From Fidelibacterota bacterium (lineage in GTDB: Bacteria > Fidelibacterota > Marinisomatia > Marinisomatales > JACNKV01): a stretch of 64,000 nucleotides of DNA. Where the stretch lies: the NCBI GenBank assembly GCA_014381855.1, contig JACNKV010000115.1:7886-71885 (forward strand), in the 5' to 3' direction. A program made the translations under genes and the position numbers. Within the stretch, counting starts at the first letter, position 1. Each line of letters opens with the position of its first letter. The notes below the pieces were generated by a model, which was not told the DNA's origin, did no database searches, and saw nothing but the letters and a program-made list of their open reading frames with translations. Positions 8,366 through 17,317 of the stretch are shown here, one piece after another.

Positions 8366-9832
8366 ATGATAGATTTAACTATTAATTCTGCTGCTTTAGA
8401 AAGAGCGATAGAGAAAGCGCGAAAACAGAATATTATTATTCCGACATTTCAGCAGCAGATTAATCCGGAGTTAGTCCCGGATAACATCAAGAACCAATTA
8501 ATGAATGTTGGACTTTGGGATGTGAATCCGCTCAACCTGTTTCGTATTACTTGGAAAAATGAACCGAAATCACATGGTGGTGTATACGGGGACGTGAATT
8601 TCATCGAATTTCCGAAAGCGATTACCGGAGTTGATGCAAAAATTGTTGCACCGGTTGGAAAATGGTTCCCGACGGGCGCACACAAAGTAGGTGCTGCCTT
8701 CGGCTGTTTGGTTCCGCGTTTAGTTACCGGGCAATTTGATCCATCCACGCAGAAAGCTGTATGGCCATCTACCGGAAATTACTGTCGCGGAGGAGCCTAT
8801 GATTCCACATTACTTGGGTGTGAATCCATCGCAATTTTACCGGAGGAAATGAGTAAAGAACGCTTCGATTGGTTAGCCTCTGTTGCCGGAGAAACCATCA
8901 AGACGCCTGGAAGCGAAAGCAATGTGAAAGAAATATTTGATAAGTGCTGGGAACTTCGGAAATCAGGTGAAGACTTAGTGATTTTCAACCAGTTTGACGA
9001 ATTTGGAAATTATCTCTGGCATTATAATGTTACCGGTCGTGCCTTAGCTGATATTCTTGAAAAAGTCATGGGACCAAATGATACATTCCGAGGTTCTGTG
9101 TACACAACCGGATCGGCCGGAACGATTGGAAGTGGCGACTATCTTAAAAACCTCTTCCCGACCAGTAAAATTGCTGCCAGTGAAGCATTACAGTGTCCGA
9201 CATTACTAAACAATGGTTTTGGCGCACATCGAATCGAAGGCATTGGAGATAAACACATCCCATGGATTCATAATGTGAAAAATACGGACATGGTTATGGC
9301 GATTGATGATGAATCACCAATGTCTGTTATTCGTTTATTCAACGAACCTGCCGGTAAAAAGTATTTAGCATCTCAAGGCGTTTCTGAACAGTTAATTGAT
9401 GCTTTACCGTTGTTAGGTATCTCCGGTGTTGCGAACCTCTTGAGCGCAATAAAATTTGCGAAATACTATGAACTTGGCGAAGGCGATGTTGTTGCAACCA
9501 TTTTGACAGATTCCATGGAAATGTATCAGAGTCGCTTACAAGAGCTTACAGAAGAACACGGAGATTTTACCGATTTAGATGCTGCAGCTTCCTATCACAA
9601 ACATCTTGTAGGAACTACAGTGGATTATGTTGAGGAGCTCACGTATGAAACACGAAAGCGTGTCCATAATTTGAAGTACTATACTTGGGTTGAGCAGCAG
9701 GGGAAAACCTTTGATGAAATCCAATCTCAATGGTATGACGATGATTATTGGTCCAATATGCACAACCAAATTGATAATATGGATGAACTCATCGATGATT
9801 TTAACGCCCGCACCGGGTTATTGAAATCATAG
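8366..9832 (+). CDS. fold-type-II (tryptophan synthase beta-like) PLP-dependent enzyme, unknown specificity
   Basis: 488 aa. Candidate PLP lysine in PTGAHKVGAA (K107) and a phosphate-loop-like YTTGSAGTIGSG. It has extra N-terminal (~90 aa) and C-terminal (~100 aa) regions compared with cysteine-synthase-size enzymes. Confidence 0.5.
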   Translation: MIDLTINSAALERAIEKARKQNIIIPTFQQQINPELVPDNIKNQLMNVGLWDVNPLNLFRITWKNEPKSHGGVYGDVNFIEFPKAITGVDAKIVAPVGKWFPTGAHKVGAAFGCLVPRLVTGQFDPSTQKAVWPSTGNYCRGGAYDSTLLGCESIAILPEEMSKERFDWLASVAGETIKTPGSESNVKEIFDKCWELRKSGEDLVIFNQFDEFGNYLWHYNVTGRALADILEKVMGPNDTFRGSVYTTGSAGTIGSGDYLKNLFPTSKIAASEALQCPTLLNNGFGAHRIEGIGDKHIPWIHNVKNTDMVMAIDDESPMSVIRLFNEPAGKKYLASQGVSEQLIDALPLLGISGVANLLSAIKFAKYYELGEGDVVATILTDSMEMYQSRLQELTEEHGDFTDLDAAASYHKHLVGTTVDYVEELTYETRKRVHNLKYYTWVEQQGKTFDEIQSQWYDDDYWSNMHNQIDNMDELIDDFNARTGLLKS

Positions 9833-9892
9833 TGTAATTGACTGTCATTCATGTGTAATTTTGAGGGAAGATAAGCATAAAGAGCAGCTAAA

Positions 9893-10375
9893 ATGCTCCA
9901 TATTGAAAATCCTGAATATTATACAATAACACTAACCGTAAACGGGAAGGAGCTGGAAAAATCCGTTCCTTCCCATATGCGACTACTTGATCTATTACGT
10001 AATGAACTGCATTTTACCGGCGCCAAAGAAGTCTGTTCAGAAGGAGAATGTGGTGCGTGTACTATTTTCATGGATAGCAAAACCGTTAATTCCTGTCTTA
10101 TACTTGCTGTCGAAGCCGATAAATCCGAAATAATCACCATTGAAGGCTTCCCAAAAGAAAATAGTCTTACCGAGCTGCAACAAGAGTTTATAGATCACCA
10201 CTCTGTTCAATGTGGGTATTGCATCCCGGGTATGGTGTTATCCGGTGAGCAGATTCTAAAGGATCATGAAAATCCTGACAGAATGGAAATCAAGAAGGAA
10301 TTATCAGGAAATATTTGCCGATGTACAGGCTATCATAAAATTGTGGATGCAATTGAACATGCAGGACACAAATAA
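9893..10375 (+). CDS. (2Fe-2S)-binding small subunit of a molybdenum hydroxylase (CoxS/XdhC/PucE-like)
   Basis: 160 aa. Both cluster motifs are intact: C48-x4-C53-x2-C56-x11-C68, then QCGYCIPGM and CRCTGY. Confidence 0.9.
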   Translation: MLHIENPEYYTITLTVNGKELEKSVPSHMRLLDLLRNELHFTGAKEVCSEGECGACTIFMDSKTVNSCLILAVEADKSEIITIEGFPKENSLTELQQEFIDHHSVQCGYCIPGMVLSGEQILKDHENPDRMEIKKELSGNICRCTGYHKIVDAIEHAGHK

Positions 10376-10463
10376 CACAAATGAATCGAATGGATAAAAT
10401 TAAAAATAGAATTTATTTTCGTTTTCCTACGTCATTATTTGTGGAATTTGTGTAAACAATCAC

Positions 10464-11294
10464 ATGAAATATTATACACCAAGCTCATTATCAGAACTAA
10501 ACGATTTATTTTTACAAACTAACAATTCGAAAATAACTATTTTATCAGGCGGTACCGATATCTTACCCCGATGGGAAGAGGGAATAACACTTCCGAAACA
10601 TTTAATCGATTTAAAAAAGATTAATTCTATATCAGGTATTGTTGAGCACGATAATAAAATTATTATCGGTGCTTTAACAACTGTTCAGGATATTTATAAA
10701 TCTGAACTAATTAAAACGAAATACACGGCACTTCACCAAGCCGCTTCTCAGTTTGCCGGTGTTCAGATTCGGCACAGAGCTACCATTGGCGGGAATATCT
10801 GCAACGCATCCCCGGCCGGAGATTTGTTACCCGGGCTTTATGTTCACAACGCCATGATTGAATTAACTGGGCCTAATGGCACAAGAAAATTACCGATAAA
10901 TAAATGTATCACCGGAGTTGGGAAAACGACTCTTAACAATAATGAAATCGTTTCAGCGGTCATTTTAGAGAAAACAGAAGAACTATCAGTATTCTATAAA
11001 TTGGGTTTAAGACAGTCTATGGCGATATCCGTTGTGAATTTTGCTATTGCCTACCGACAAACCTCACCGAATCTTTTTGATTTACAATCAATTGCAGCAG
11101 GAGCTGTGGCTCCAACTGTAGTTTATCTTAAAGAGTTTACTAAAGCAGTGAATGAGGGTCTTCCTTTAGAAAAAGCTATAAGTTTAATAGAACATGATAT
11201 TTCGCCCATAGATGATATCCGAGCTTCTGCTGATTACAGGAAAACAGTTTTGAAAAATTTACTTACCCATAAGTTGAAAGAATTATATGTCTGA
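10464..11294 (+). CDS. FAD-binding subunit of a molybdenum hydroxylase (CoxM/XdhB/PucC-like)
   Basis: 276 aa. SGGTDILP and ATIGGNICNASPAGD motifs, with the C-terminal DIRASADYR typical of the CO-dehydrogenase flavoprotein domain. It overlaps ygfK by 8 nt. Confidence 0.85.
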   Translation: MKYYTPSSLSELNDLFLQTNNSKITILSGGTDILPRWEEGITLPKHLIDLKKINSISGIVEHDNKIIIGALTTVQDIYKSELIKTKYTALHQAASQFAGVQIRHRATIGGNICNASPAGDLLPGLYVHNAMIELTGPNGTRKLPINKCITGVGKTTLNNNEIVSAVILEKTEELSVFYKLGLRQSMAISVVNFAIAYRQTSPNLFDLQSIAAGAVAPTVVYLKEFTKAVNEGLPLEKAISLIEHDISPIDDIRASADYRKTVLKNLLTHKLKELYV

Positions 11295-14200
11295 TAAGTT
11301 ATACCCAATGGAGTTAACCCACTTATTGAAGTGGATTCTTGAAGAAGAGAAACATGGAAGTATCTTTGGAGTCACGAAGGAACTGTTCTTCAATCCAAGT
11401 GAGCAAGATGTCTTTCGTATGAAACGTTACGGCCAGCTGATGGAAACTCCCATCGGTGTTGCTGCCGGACCTCATACCCAGATGGCTCAAAATATCATTT
11501 TAGCGTGGTTAATGGGCGCTAGGTACATTGAGCTTAAAACTATACAGACGCTGGATGAGCTGAAAGTCTCTAAACCCTGTATTGATATGCAGGATGAAGG
11601 CTACAATTGTGAATGGTCACAGGAACTTAAATTAAATCAGTCTTTCTCTGAATATTTAAATGCCTGGATTATCATTCATATCCTCAAAGATAAATTCGGA
11701 TGGGGGTATGATAAAGACTTGGGCGGGATATTTAATATGTCTGCCGGATATAATCTAGTCGGAATTAAAAAACCAAATGTTCAACAGTTCTTAGATTTGA
11801 TGGAGGATTGTCAGCCTAATCTTGATGATAGACTAAATAGCATCGAGCATATTTATCCGAATATAAAGAATCTAAGTATCCCGGCAAAATTATCGGATAA
11901 TCTCACGCTTTCAACCATGCACGGCTGTCCGCCGGATGAAATAGAATCGATCGGAAAATACCTGATAGAAGAACGTAAATATCACATGACTGTTAAACTG
12001 AATCCGACGCTTTTAGGACCTGATAAATTGAGAGAAATTCTTAACAATCGCCTTGGATTTAAAGAAGTCACTGTTCCTGATGAAGCGTTTAGTCATGACT
12101 TAAAATATTATGATGCTTTAAAACTGATCAAAAGTTTACAATCATCTGCGGAAAATAATGGTGTAGACTTTGGCTTAAAATTGACAAATACTCTTGAGGT
12201 AGAAAATCATAAACCAATTTTTCCGTCCAATGAAAAAATGATGTATATGAGCGGACGAGCACTACATCCGATTAGTATCCATGTCGCAGAGAAACTGCAA
12301 ACCGAATTCAATGGAAATCTGGATATTTCATTTTCCGCGGGAATGGATGCGTTCAATGTCGCTGATGTATTGGCAGCGAACATAAAACCGATTACCGTCT
12401 GTACTGACATCTTAAAACCAGGTGGATACACACGGTTAGCACAATATCTGTCCGAGATAAAAAAACAGTTTGCAGATACAAATGCATCCTCAATTGATGA
12501 ATTTATTTTGTCAAAAGACAACGCTGCAACTGATTTAAAAACAGCCGGATTAAACAATCTGAAATATTTTGCTGAGTCTGTTCTGAATCATGCCGCTTAT
12601 CACAAAGATATTAAGCATTTTGAATCCATTAAGACTCCGAGACCTCTTACTCGATATGACTGTGTTAAAGCGCCGTGCACTGAATCATGTGCCACAGATC
12701 AGGAAATTCCTGAGTATTTGCATCAGGTTGCAAACGGAAATTTCGACAAAGCTTATGAAACTATTTTAAGAACAAATGCAATGCCGGGCGTCACTGGTTA
12801 TGTCTGTGATCATCTTTGTCAAACCAAATGCACACGAAACAATTTAGACAGCACGTTATTAATACGTGAAATCAAAAGGTTTGCCACTGAAAATAATTCC
12901 GTTAAAACGCTAGTTTCTAAACCCTCCAACGGATTAAAAACCGCTGTCATCGGAGCTGGTCCTTCAGGGTTAACCTGTGCTTACTATCTAGCGCTTGAAG
13001 GATTTGAAGTTGATATTTACGAAGCTAAACCTTTTGCCGGAGGAATGGTATCTGATGCAATTCCCGGTTTTCGGCTTACCAACGATTCGATAAAGAATGA
13101 TATCGAATTAGTGAAATCTGTCGGGGTCAAATTCCATTTCAATTCAAGTATTGATAAAAATAGATTTAACGAATTACGATCAAATTATGATTATGTTTAT
13201 CTTGGAGCCGGTGCTCAAGATAACAAGAGATTGAATATCCAAGGAGAAGAATCATCAAACGTCATTGAACCTCTGACATTTTTATCTGATGTACGACAAG
13301 GAAACGTTAAGGAATTGGGTGAGCGTGTTGCTGTGATTGGGGGAGGAAACACAGCAATGGATGCCGCACGGACCTCACGCCGGTTAGGATCAGATGTAAC
13401 AATACTTTACCGCAGAACGATGAAAGAGATGCCGGCTGACATGGAAGAAATTGTAGCCGCGCTGGAGGAAGGTATCTATCTGCAGGAACTTGTTGCTCCT
13501 GAAAAGATTGCTGACGGTGGTGACGGACCTGCGATATTAACATGTTTCAAAATGGAATTGGGGAAACCGGATGAGAGCGGACGGGAACGCCCGATAAAAA
13601 TTGACGGTTCAGAGTTTGAACTTGCCTTCGATAAAATTATCCCGGCAGTCGGACAAGATATCGCATTGGACTATGTAACTTGGCAAGAATTGGTCCCTGA
13701 TAATGTGACCGGAGAAACAAAGCTGAAGAATGTTTTTGCCGGTGGGGATATTGTCCGCGGAGCTTCTTCCGTAATCAATGCCGTGGGAGATGGGCGTAAA
13801 GCCGCTGATAATATAATCCGTGCCGCTAAGTTGGATAATCATCATGCGCCAGATTCCTCATTGCGATTTGAAAAATTCGAATATCAAAAGAAATTAGCAT
13901 TAAGAGAATATGGAATTACCACACCGCATTTATCCCCGGATGAACGAATTAATTTTAATTTAGTAACAAGGACGCTTGCTAAAGAAGAAGCCATGGCAGA
14001 AGCCTCAAGGTGTCTCCAATGTGATGATGTTTGTGATGTTTGTGTAAGTGTATGTCCTAACTTAGCGAATATGTCATATATAGCCAGACGAAGAACCTAT
14101 CCTGTTTATCAATTATTGGCTAAAGATGATGGCGTGAATATTATACAAATTGATACATTCACAATCTCCCAAGAACCACAAATTATCAATATCGGTGACT

Positions 14201-14559
14201 TTTGTAATGAATGCGGAAATTGTACAACTTTCTGTCCGACGGCGGGTGATCCGTATAAAACGAAGCCCAAATTCTTTCTGAATGGAGAAACCTTTGATGC
14301 AGAAGAAAATGGATATTGGATGGATGGAAATACACTTTTCTCAAAAATGGATGGCATACAATCATCACTCAATTTAACAGAAGGGAATTACAGGTATAAA
14401 TCAGATATTATTAATATTAAAATGGATTCATCTAATTATGAAATAATTTCAGCTCAATTCTTAAATGGAAAAAGTGAAATGCAATCATCCGATATAACAG
14501 AAATGATTGTATTATTTGAAAACATGAAAGATTATCCATTATTTAATACGGACAAATAA
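11287..14559 (+). CDS. ygfK: YgfK-like multidomain Fe-S flavoprotein oxidoreductase (annotated elsewhere as putative selenate reductase subunit YgfK)
   Basis: 1090 aa. The N-terminus PMELTHLLKWILEEEKHGSIFGV parallels E. coli YgfK. Domain order is a DPD-like barrel region, a GltD-like Cys cluster, the dinucleotide folds VIGAGPSGLTCAYYL and VIGGGNTAMDAAR, then C-terminal ferredoxin motifs CLQCDDVCDVCVSVCP and CNECGNCTTFCP. Confidence 0.85.
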   Translation: MSDKLYPMELTHLLKWILEEEKHGSIFGVTKELFFNPSEQDVFRMKRYGQLMETPIGVAAGPHTQMAQNIILAWLMGARYIELKTIQTLDELKVSKPCIDMQDEGYNCEWSQELKLNQSFSEYLNAWIIIHILKDKFGWGYDKDLGGIFNMSAGYNLVGIKKPNVQQFLDLMEDCQPNLDDRLNSIEHIYPNIKNLSIPAKLSDNLTLSTMHGCPPDEIESIGKYLIEERKYHMTVKLNPTLLGPDKLREILNNRLGFKEVTVPDEAFSHDLKYYDALKLIKSLQSSAENNGVDFGLKLTNTLEVENHKPIFPSNEKMMYMSGRALHPISIHVAEKLQTEFNGNLDISFSAGMDAFNVADVLAANIKPITVCTDILKPGGYTRLAQYLSEIKKQFADTNASSIDEFILSKDNAATDLKTAGLNNLKYFAESVLNHAAYHKDIKHFESIKTPRPLTRYDCVKAPCTESCATDQEIPEYLHQVANGNFDKAYETILRTNAMPGVTGYVCDHLCQTKCTRNNLDSTLLIREIKRFATENNSVKTLVSKPSNGLKTAVIGAGPSGLTCAYYLALEGFEVDIYEAKPFAGGMVSDAIPGFRLTNDSIKNDIELVKSVGVKFHFNSSIDKNRFNELRSNYDYVYLGAGAQDNKRLNIQGEESSNVIEPLTFLSDVRQGNVKELGERVAVIGGGNTAMDAARTSRRLGSDVTILYRRTMKEMPADMEEIVAALEEGIYLQELVAPEKIADGGDGPAILTCFKMELGKPDESGRERPIKIDGSEFELAFDKIIPAVGQDIALDYVTWQELVPDNVTGETKLKNVFAGGDIVRGASSVINAVGDGRKAADNIIRAAKLDNHHAPDSSLRFEKFEYQKKLALREYGITTPHLSPDERINFNLVTRTLAKEEAMAEASRCLQCDDVCDVCVSVCPNLANMSYIARRRTYPVYQLLAKDDGVNIIQIDTFTISQEPQIINIGDFCNECGNCTTFCPTAGDPYKTKPKFFLNGETFDAEENGYWMDGNTLFSKMDGIQSSLNLTEGNYRYKSDIINIKMDSSNYEIISAQFLNGKSEMQSSDITEMIVLFENMKDYPLFNTDK

Positions 14560-15965
14560 TGAAAACACTGTTAATTAAAAACCCGCTGTCTGTTGCCACC
14601 ATGAATGATTCGAAAGAAGAGTTCAATGGCGGACATATTTTGATTGAGGGTAATACAATTAAATCCATTGGTCCAGCAGAAATCAGCGTGAATGCCGATG
14701 AGGTGATAGATGCAACAGGAATGGTCGTGCTTCCCGGTTTTATTAACACACATCATCATTTATATCAAACGCTGACTAGGAATATTCCGTTGATGCAGAA
14801 TCAACCATTATTTAGTTGGCTGACCAATCACTATGAGGTATGGCGTGAATTGACTGAGGAAGCCGTTACTGTCAGTACAACAGTCGGTTTGCTGGAGCTG
14901 ATGAAATCTGGAACGACCACAAGTTCTGATCATTTGTACTTATTTCCGAATAAAATTTCCGGGAAACTCATTGATGCAGAAATAGAGAGTGCAAAACATT
15001 TGGGCATGCGCTTTCAACCGACGCGCGGTTCTATGTCTCTGGGAAAATCTCAGGGAGGATTACCACCGGATGGCACCGTCCAGACTGAAGCAGAAATCCA
15101 ACAAGATTCTGAACGCCTCATAAACACTTATCACGACGCTTCTGATGGTGCGATGGTTCGCATATCACTGGCACCATGTTCACCGTTTTCTGTTACACCG
15201 GAGTTAATGAGATCCACTGCAGAGTTCGCAATGTCCAACGATATTCAAATGCACACCCATCTTGCTGAGACCATCGATGAGGAAAATTTCTGCGTAGAGG
15301 AATTTGGAGAGCGTCCGGCTGCGTATGTTGATAGCTTAGGCTGGATGAATCCGAAAGCCTGGTTTGCTCATGCGATCCACCTGAACGATGAAGAGATCAA
15401 ACGAATGGCGGATACGGGCGCAGGTATGACCCATTGCCCGACATCTAATATGCGTTTGGGAAGCGGTATTGCACGTATAAAGGAAATGATGGATGCGAAT
15501 GTCCGCGTTAGCATTGGTGTAGATGGTTCTGCGTCCAACGATGCAGGGAATATGCTAATGGAAATCCGAAATGCCATGATGCTTTCACGGTTACGCGATG
15601 AAGAGTATTGGCTGACAGCACAAGATGTCTTGTGGCTGGCAACACGTGGCGGTGCTTCGGTTTTGGGCAGGGATGATATCGGTCAGCTTTCGGTGGGTAA
15701 ACAGGCGGACTTAGCCCTTTTCTCAATGGATAAACTTGAATACGCCGGGGGGATGTCGGATCCGGTGGCGGCATTGATATTCAATGTTCGCACTTCACCG
15801 GTGGATTATTTAATCATCAATGGTAAACTACAAGTTAGAAACGGCAAAACAAGCACAAATGAATCTTCCTTAATTCATGTTCATAATAAAATTGCTGAGA
15901 GAATGATTTCTCAAGCAACGAAAAAAACCGGAATAAACTTCTACAGCAGTCGCAAAGACCATTAA
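14559..15965 (+). CDS. COG0402-type amidohydrolase (8-oxoguanine/guanine deaminase or chlorohydrolase-like)
   Basis: 468 aa. Motifs FINTHHHLYQTLTR, HTHLAET and CPTSNMRLGSGIA, plus VDGSASND. The TAATG junction with ygfK suggests coupling. Confidence 0.7.
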   Translation: MKTLLIKNPLSVATMNDSKEEFNGGHILIEGNTIKSIGPAEISVNADEVIDATGMVVLPGFINTHHHLYQTLTRNIPLMQNQPLFSWLTNHYEVWRELTEEAVTVSTTVGLLELMKSGTTTSSDHLYLFPNKISGKLIDAEIESAKHLGMRFQPTRGSMSLGKSQGGLPPDGTVQTEAEIQQDSERLINTYHDASDGAMVRISLAPCSPFSVTPELMRSTAEFAMSNDIQMHTHLAETIDEENFCVEEFGERPAAYVDSLGWMNPKAWFAHAIHLNDEEIKRMADTGAGMTHCPTSNMRLGSGIARIKEMMDANVRVSIGVDGSASNDAGNMLMEIRNAMMLSRLRDEEYWLTAQDVLWLATRGGASVLGRDDIGQLSVGKQADLALFSMDKLEYAGGMSDPVAALIFNVRTSPVDYLIINGKLQVRNGKTSTNESSLIHVHNKIAERMISQATKKTGINFYSSRKDH

Positions 15966-16094
15966 TATCTGCAAATTGGAAAGAATAATTTAGGCTTAGT
16001 AAACAATTTTGAAAATAACCATAATTAGGATGGTATAAATATGCACTTACAAAAAATAATCTTCGTGTTACTTTGCAAACTTGGTGGCTGTTAG

Positions 16095-16859
16095 ATGTGG
16101 AATTCAATAAATTCGGTCGTTAAACCAAAAACATTAACCGAAGCATATTCCTTGGTTGACGGAAAGCATGTTGTACTTTTTGGAGGTGGGAGTTATTTAG
16201 TCTCAGAAAAGGATGAAACTATACATACATTGGTTGATATTAATAGTTTAGTTAATAATACGATCAAAGCTGATGTTGAAGGTGTCATCATAGGAGGAGG
16301 CGCAACACTGCAAGCCTTTATAAATACAGTGACCACTGTCAATCCTGATTGTCGGTTAATTGACGGATGCAGATATGCCTGTCCGTCTAAGAATATCCGT
16401 AACCAACGGACGTTCGGCGGAGAACTCGGGAAAGGTCGTTGTGATTCAGATATATTAGTATTTTTAAATGCCGTAAATGCCGATATAACAGTTGTTGCGG
16501 AAAGCAAAAAAACAGAAAGCATTCGTAATTGGGACGGAAGAGGAATTGTAACACAGATCGAATATATTCCAAACAATATTGAAGGGGTGGAACTAATGAG
16601 GTCTGCAAGAATTCCTTCTGCGCCGTCAGTCGTTAGTGTTTGTGCAATTAAAAAGAAGGATTATTTTGATATCAGTATCGGCGGTAAATGCTCAGAAATT
16701 CAAACTTTTTCTGTCCCGGAGGAAAAATGGAATAATACTGAAATAAAAACGATAAGTTCAAAAGTAGTAAGATGTTTTTCTGATGACCAATATGGTTCGC
16801 TTGATTACAAGCATATTCTCATTGAAACGTTGATTAATAGATCAGGGAGTACCCTATGA
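16095..16859 (+). CDS. ygfM: YgfM-like FAD-binding subunit
   Basis: 254 aa (E. coli YgfM is 259 aa). LFGGGSYL and NQRTFGGELG motifs of the FAD_binding_5 fold. It sits directly upstream of the XdhD-type genes. Confidence 0.65.
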   Translation: MWNSINSVVKPKTLTEAYSLVDGKHVVLFGGGSYLVSEKDETIHTLVDINSLVNNTIKADVEGVIIGGGATLQAFINTVTTVNPDCRLIDGCRYACPSKNIRNQRTFGGELGKGRCDSDILVFLNAVNADITVVAESKKTESIRNWDGRGIVTQIEYIPNNIEGVELMRSARIPSAPSVVSVCAIKKKDYFDISIGGKCSEIQTFSVPEEKWNNTEIKTISSKVVRCFSDDQYGSLDYKHILIETLINRSGSTL

Positions 16860-17317
16860 TAGGATTTTATTTAAACGGAAAACCGGTTTTTGGGGAATTC
16901 AATCCGGGAACAACATTGTTCGATTATCTCAGAGATCAGGAAATATTCAGCGTTAAATTTGGTTCTGAAAAAGGGGAAACCGGAGCAGATTCAGTATTAC
17001 TTGACGGTAAGGTCATGAATTCTTCGCTCTTGTTAATGCATACGATAGATGGAAAAGTCATTGAAACGATCGAATCATTTTCGCAGGGAGTTGACGTTCA
17101 TCCTTTGCAGGAAGCATTTATCGAAGAAGGAGCCGTCCAATGCGGCTATTGCACCCCGAGTATGATTTTAGCCGCAGAATCGCTTTTACGTGAGAATCCC
17201 ACCCCAAATGATGATTATGTGCGAGAGAGCCTTTCCGGCGTTTATTGCCGTTGCACAGGATTCGTAAAACCCATACAGGCGATTATGAAGTACGCTACAT
17301 CACGGGAGGATCGATAA
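16856..17317 (+). CDS. 2Fe-2S-type small subunit of the XdhD-like hydroxylase with a degenerate first cluster site
   Basis: 153 aa. The second cluster motifs QCGYCTPSM and CRCTGF are present. The four first-cluster Cys positions are S37, T42, D45 and S57. Overlaps both neighbours (ATGA and TAATG). Confidence 0.8.
   Translation: MIGFYLNGKPVFGEFNPGTTLFDYLRDQEIFSVKFGSEKGETGADSVLLDGKVMNSSLLLMHTIDGKVIETIESFSQGVDVHPLQEAFIEEGAVQCGYCTPSMILAAESLLRENPTPNDDYVRESLSGVYCRCTGFVKPIQAIMKYATSREDR

Noticed and set aside
10427-10435. The 9-mer CTACGTCAT is shared between the leader at 3952-3960 and the gap upstream of the FAD-subunit gene.
   Set aside because: A single 9-mer recurrence in 64 kb on two strands is expected by chance about half the time. 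The second site lacks the left half of the palindrome.
17245-17316. N-terminal 24-aa extension of the XdhD-like ORF as given in the track.
   Set aside because: The extension lies wholly inside the preceding FeS-subunit gene in another frame. The ATG at 17317 overlaps that gene's stop codon (TAATG) and begins the conserved MKVIGQ...VDG N-terminus.
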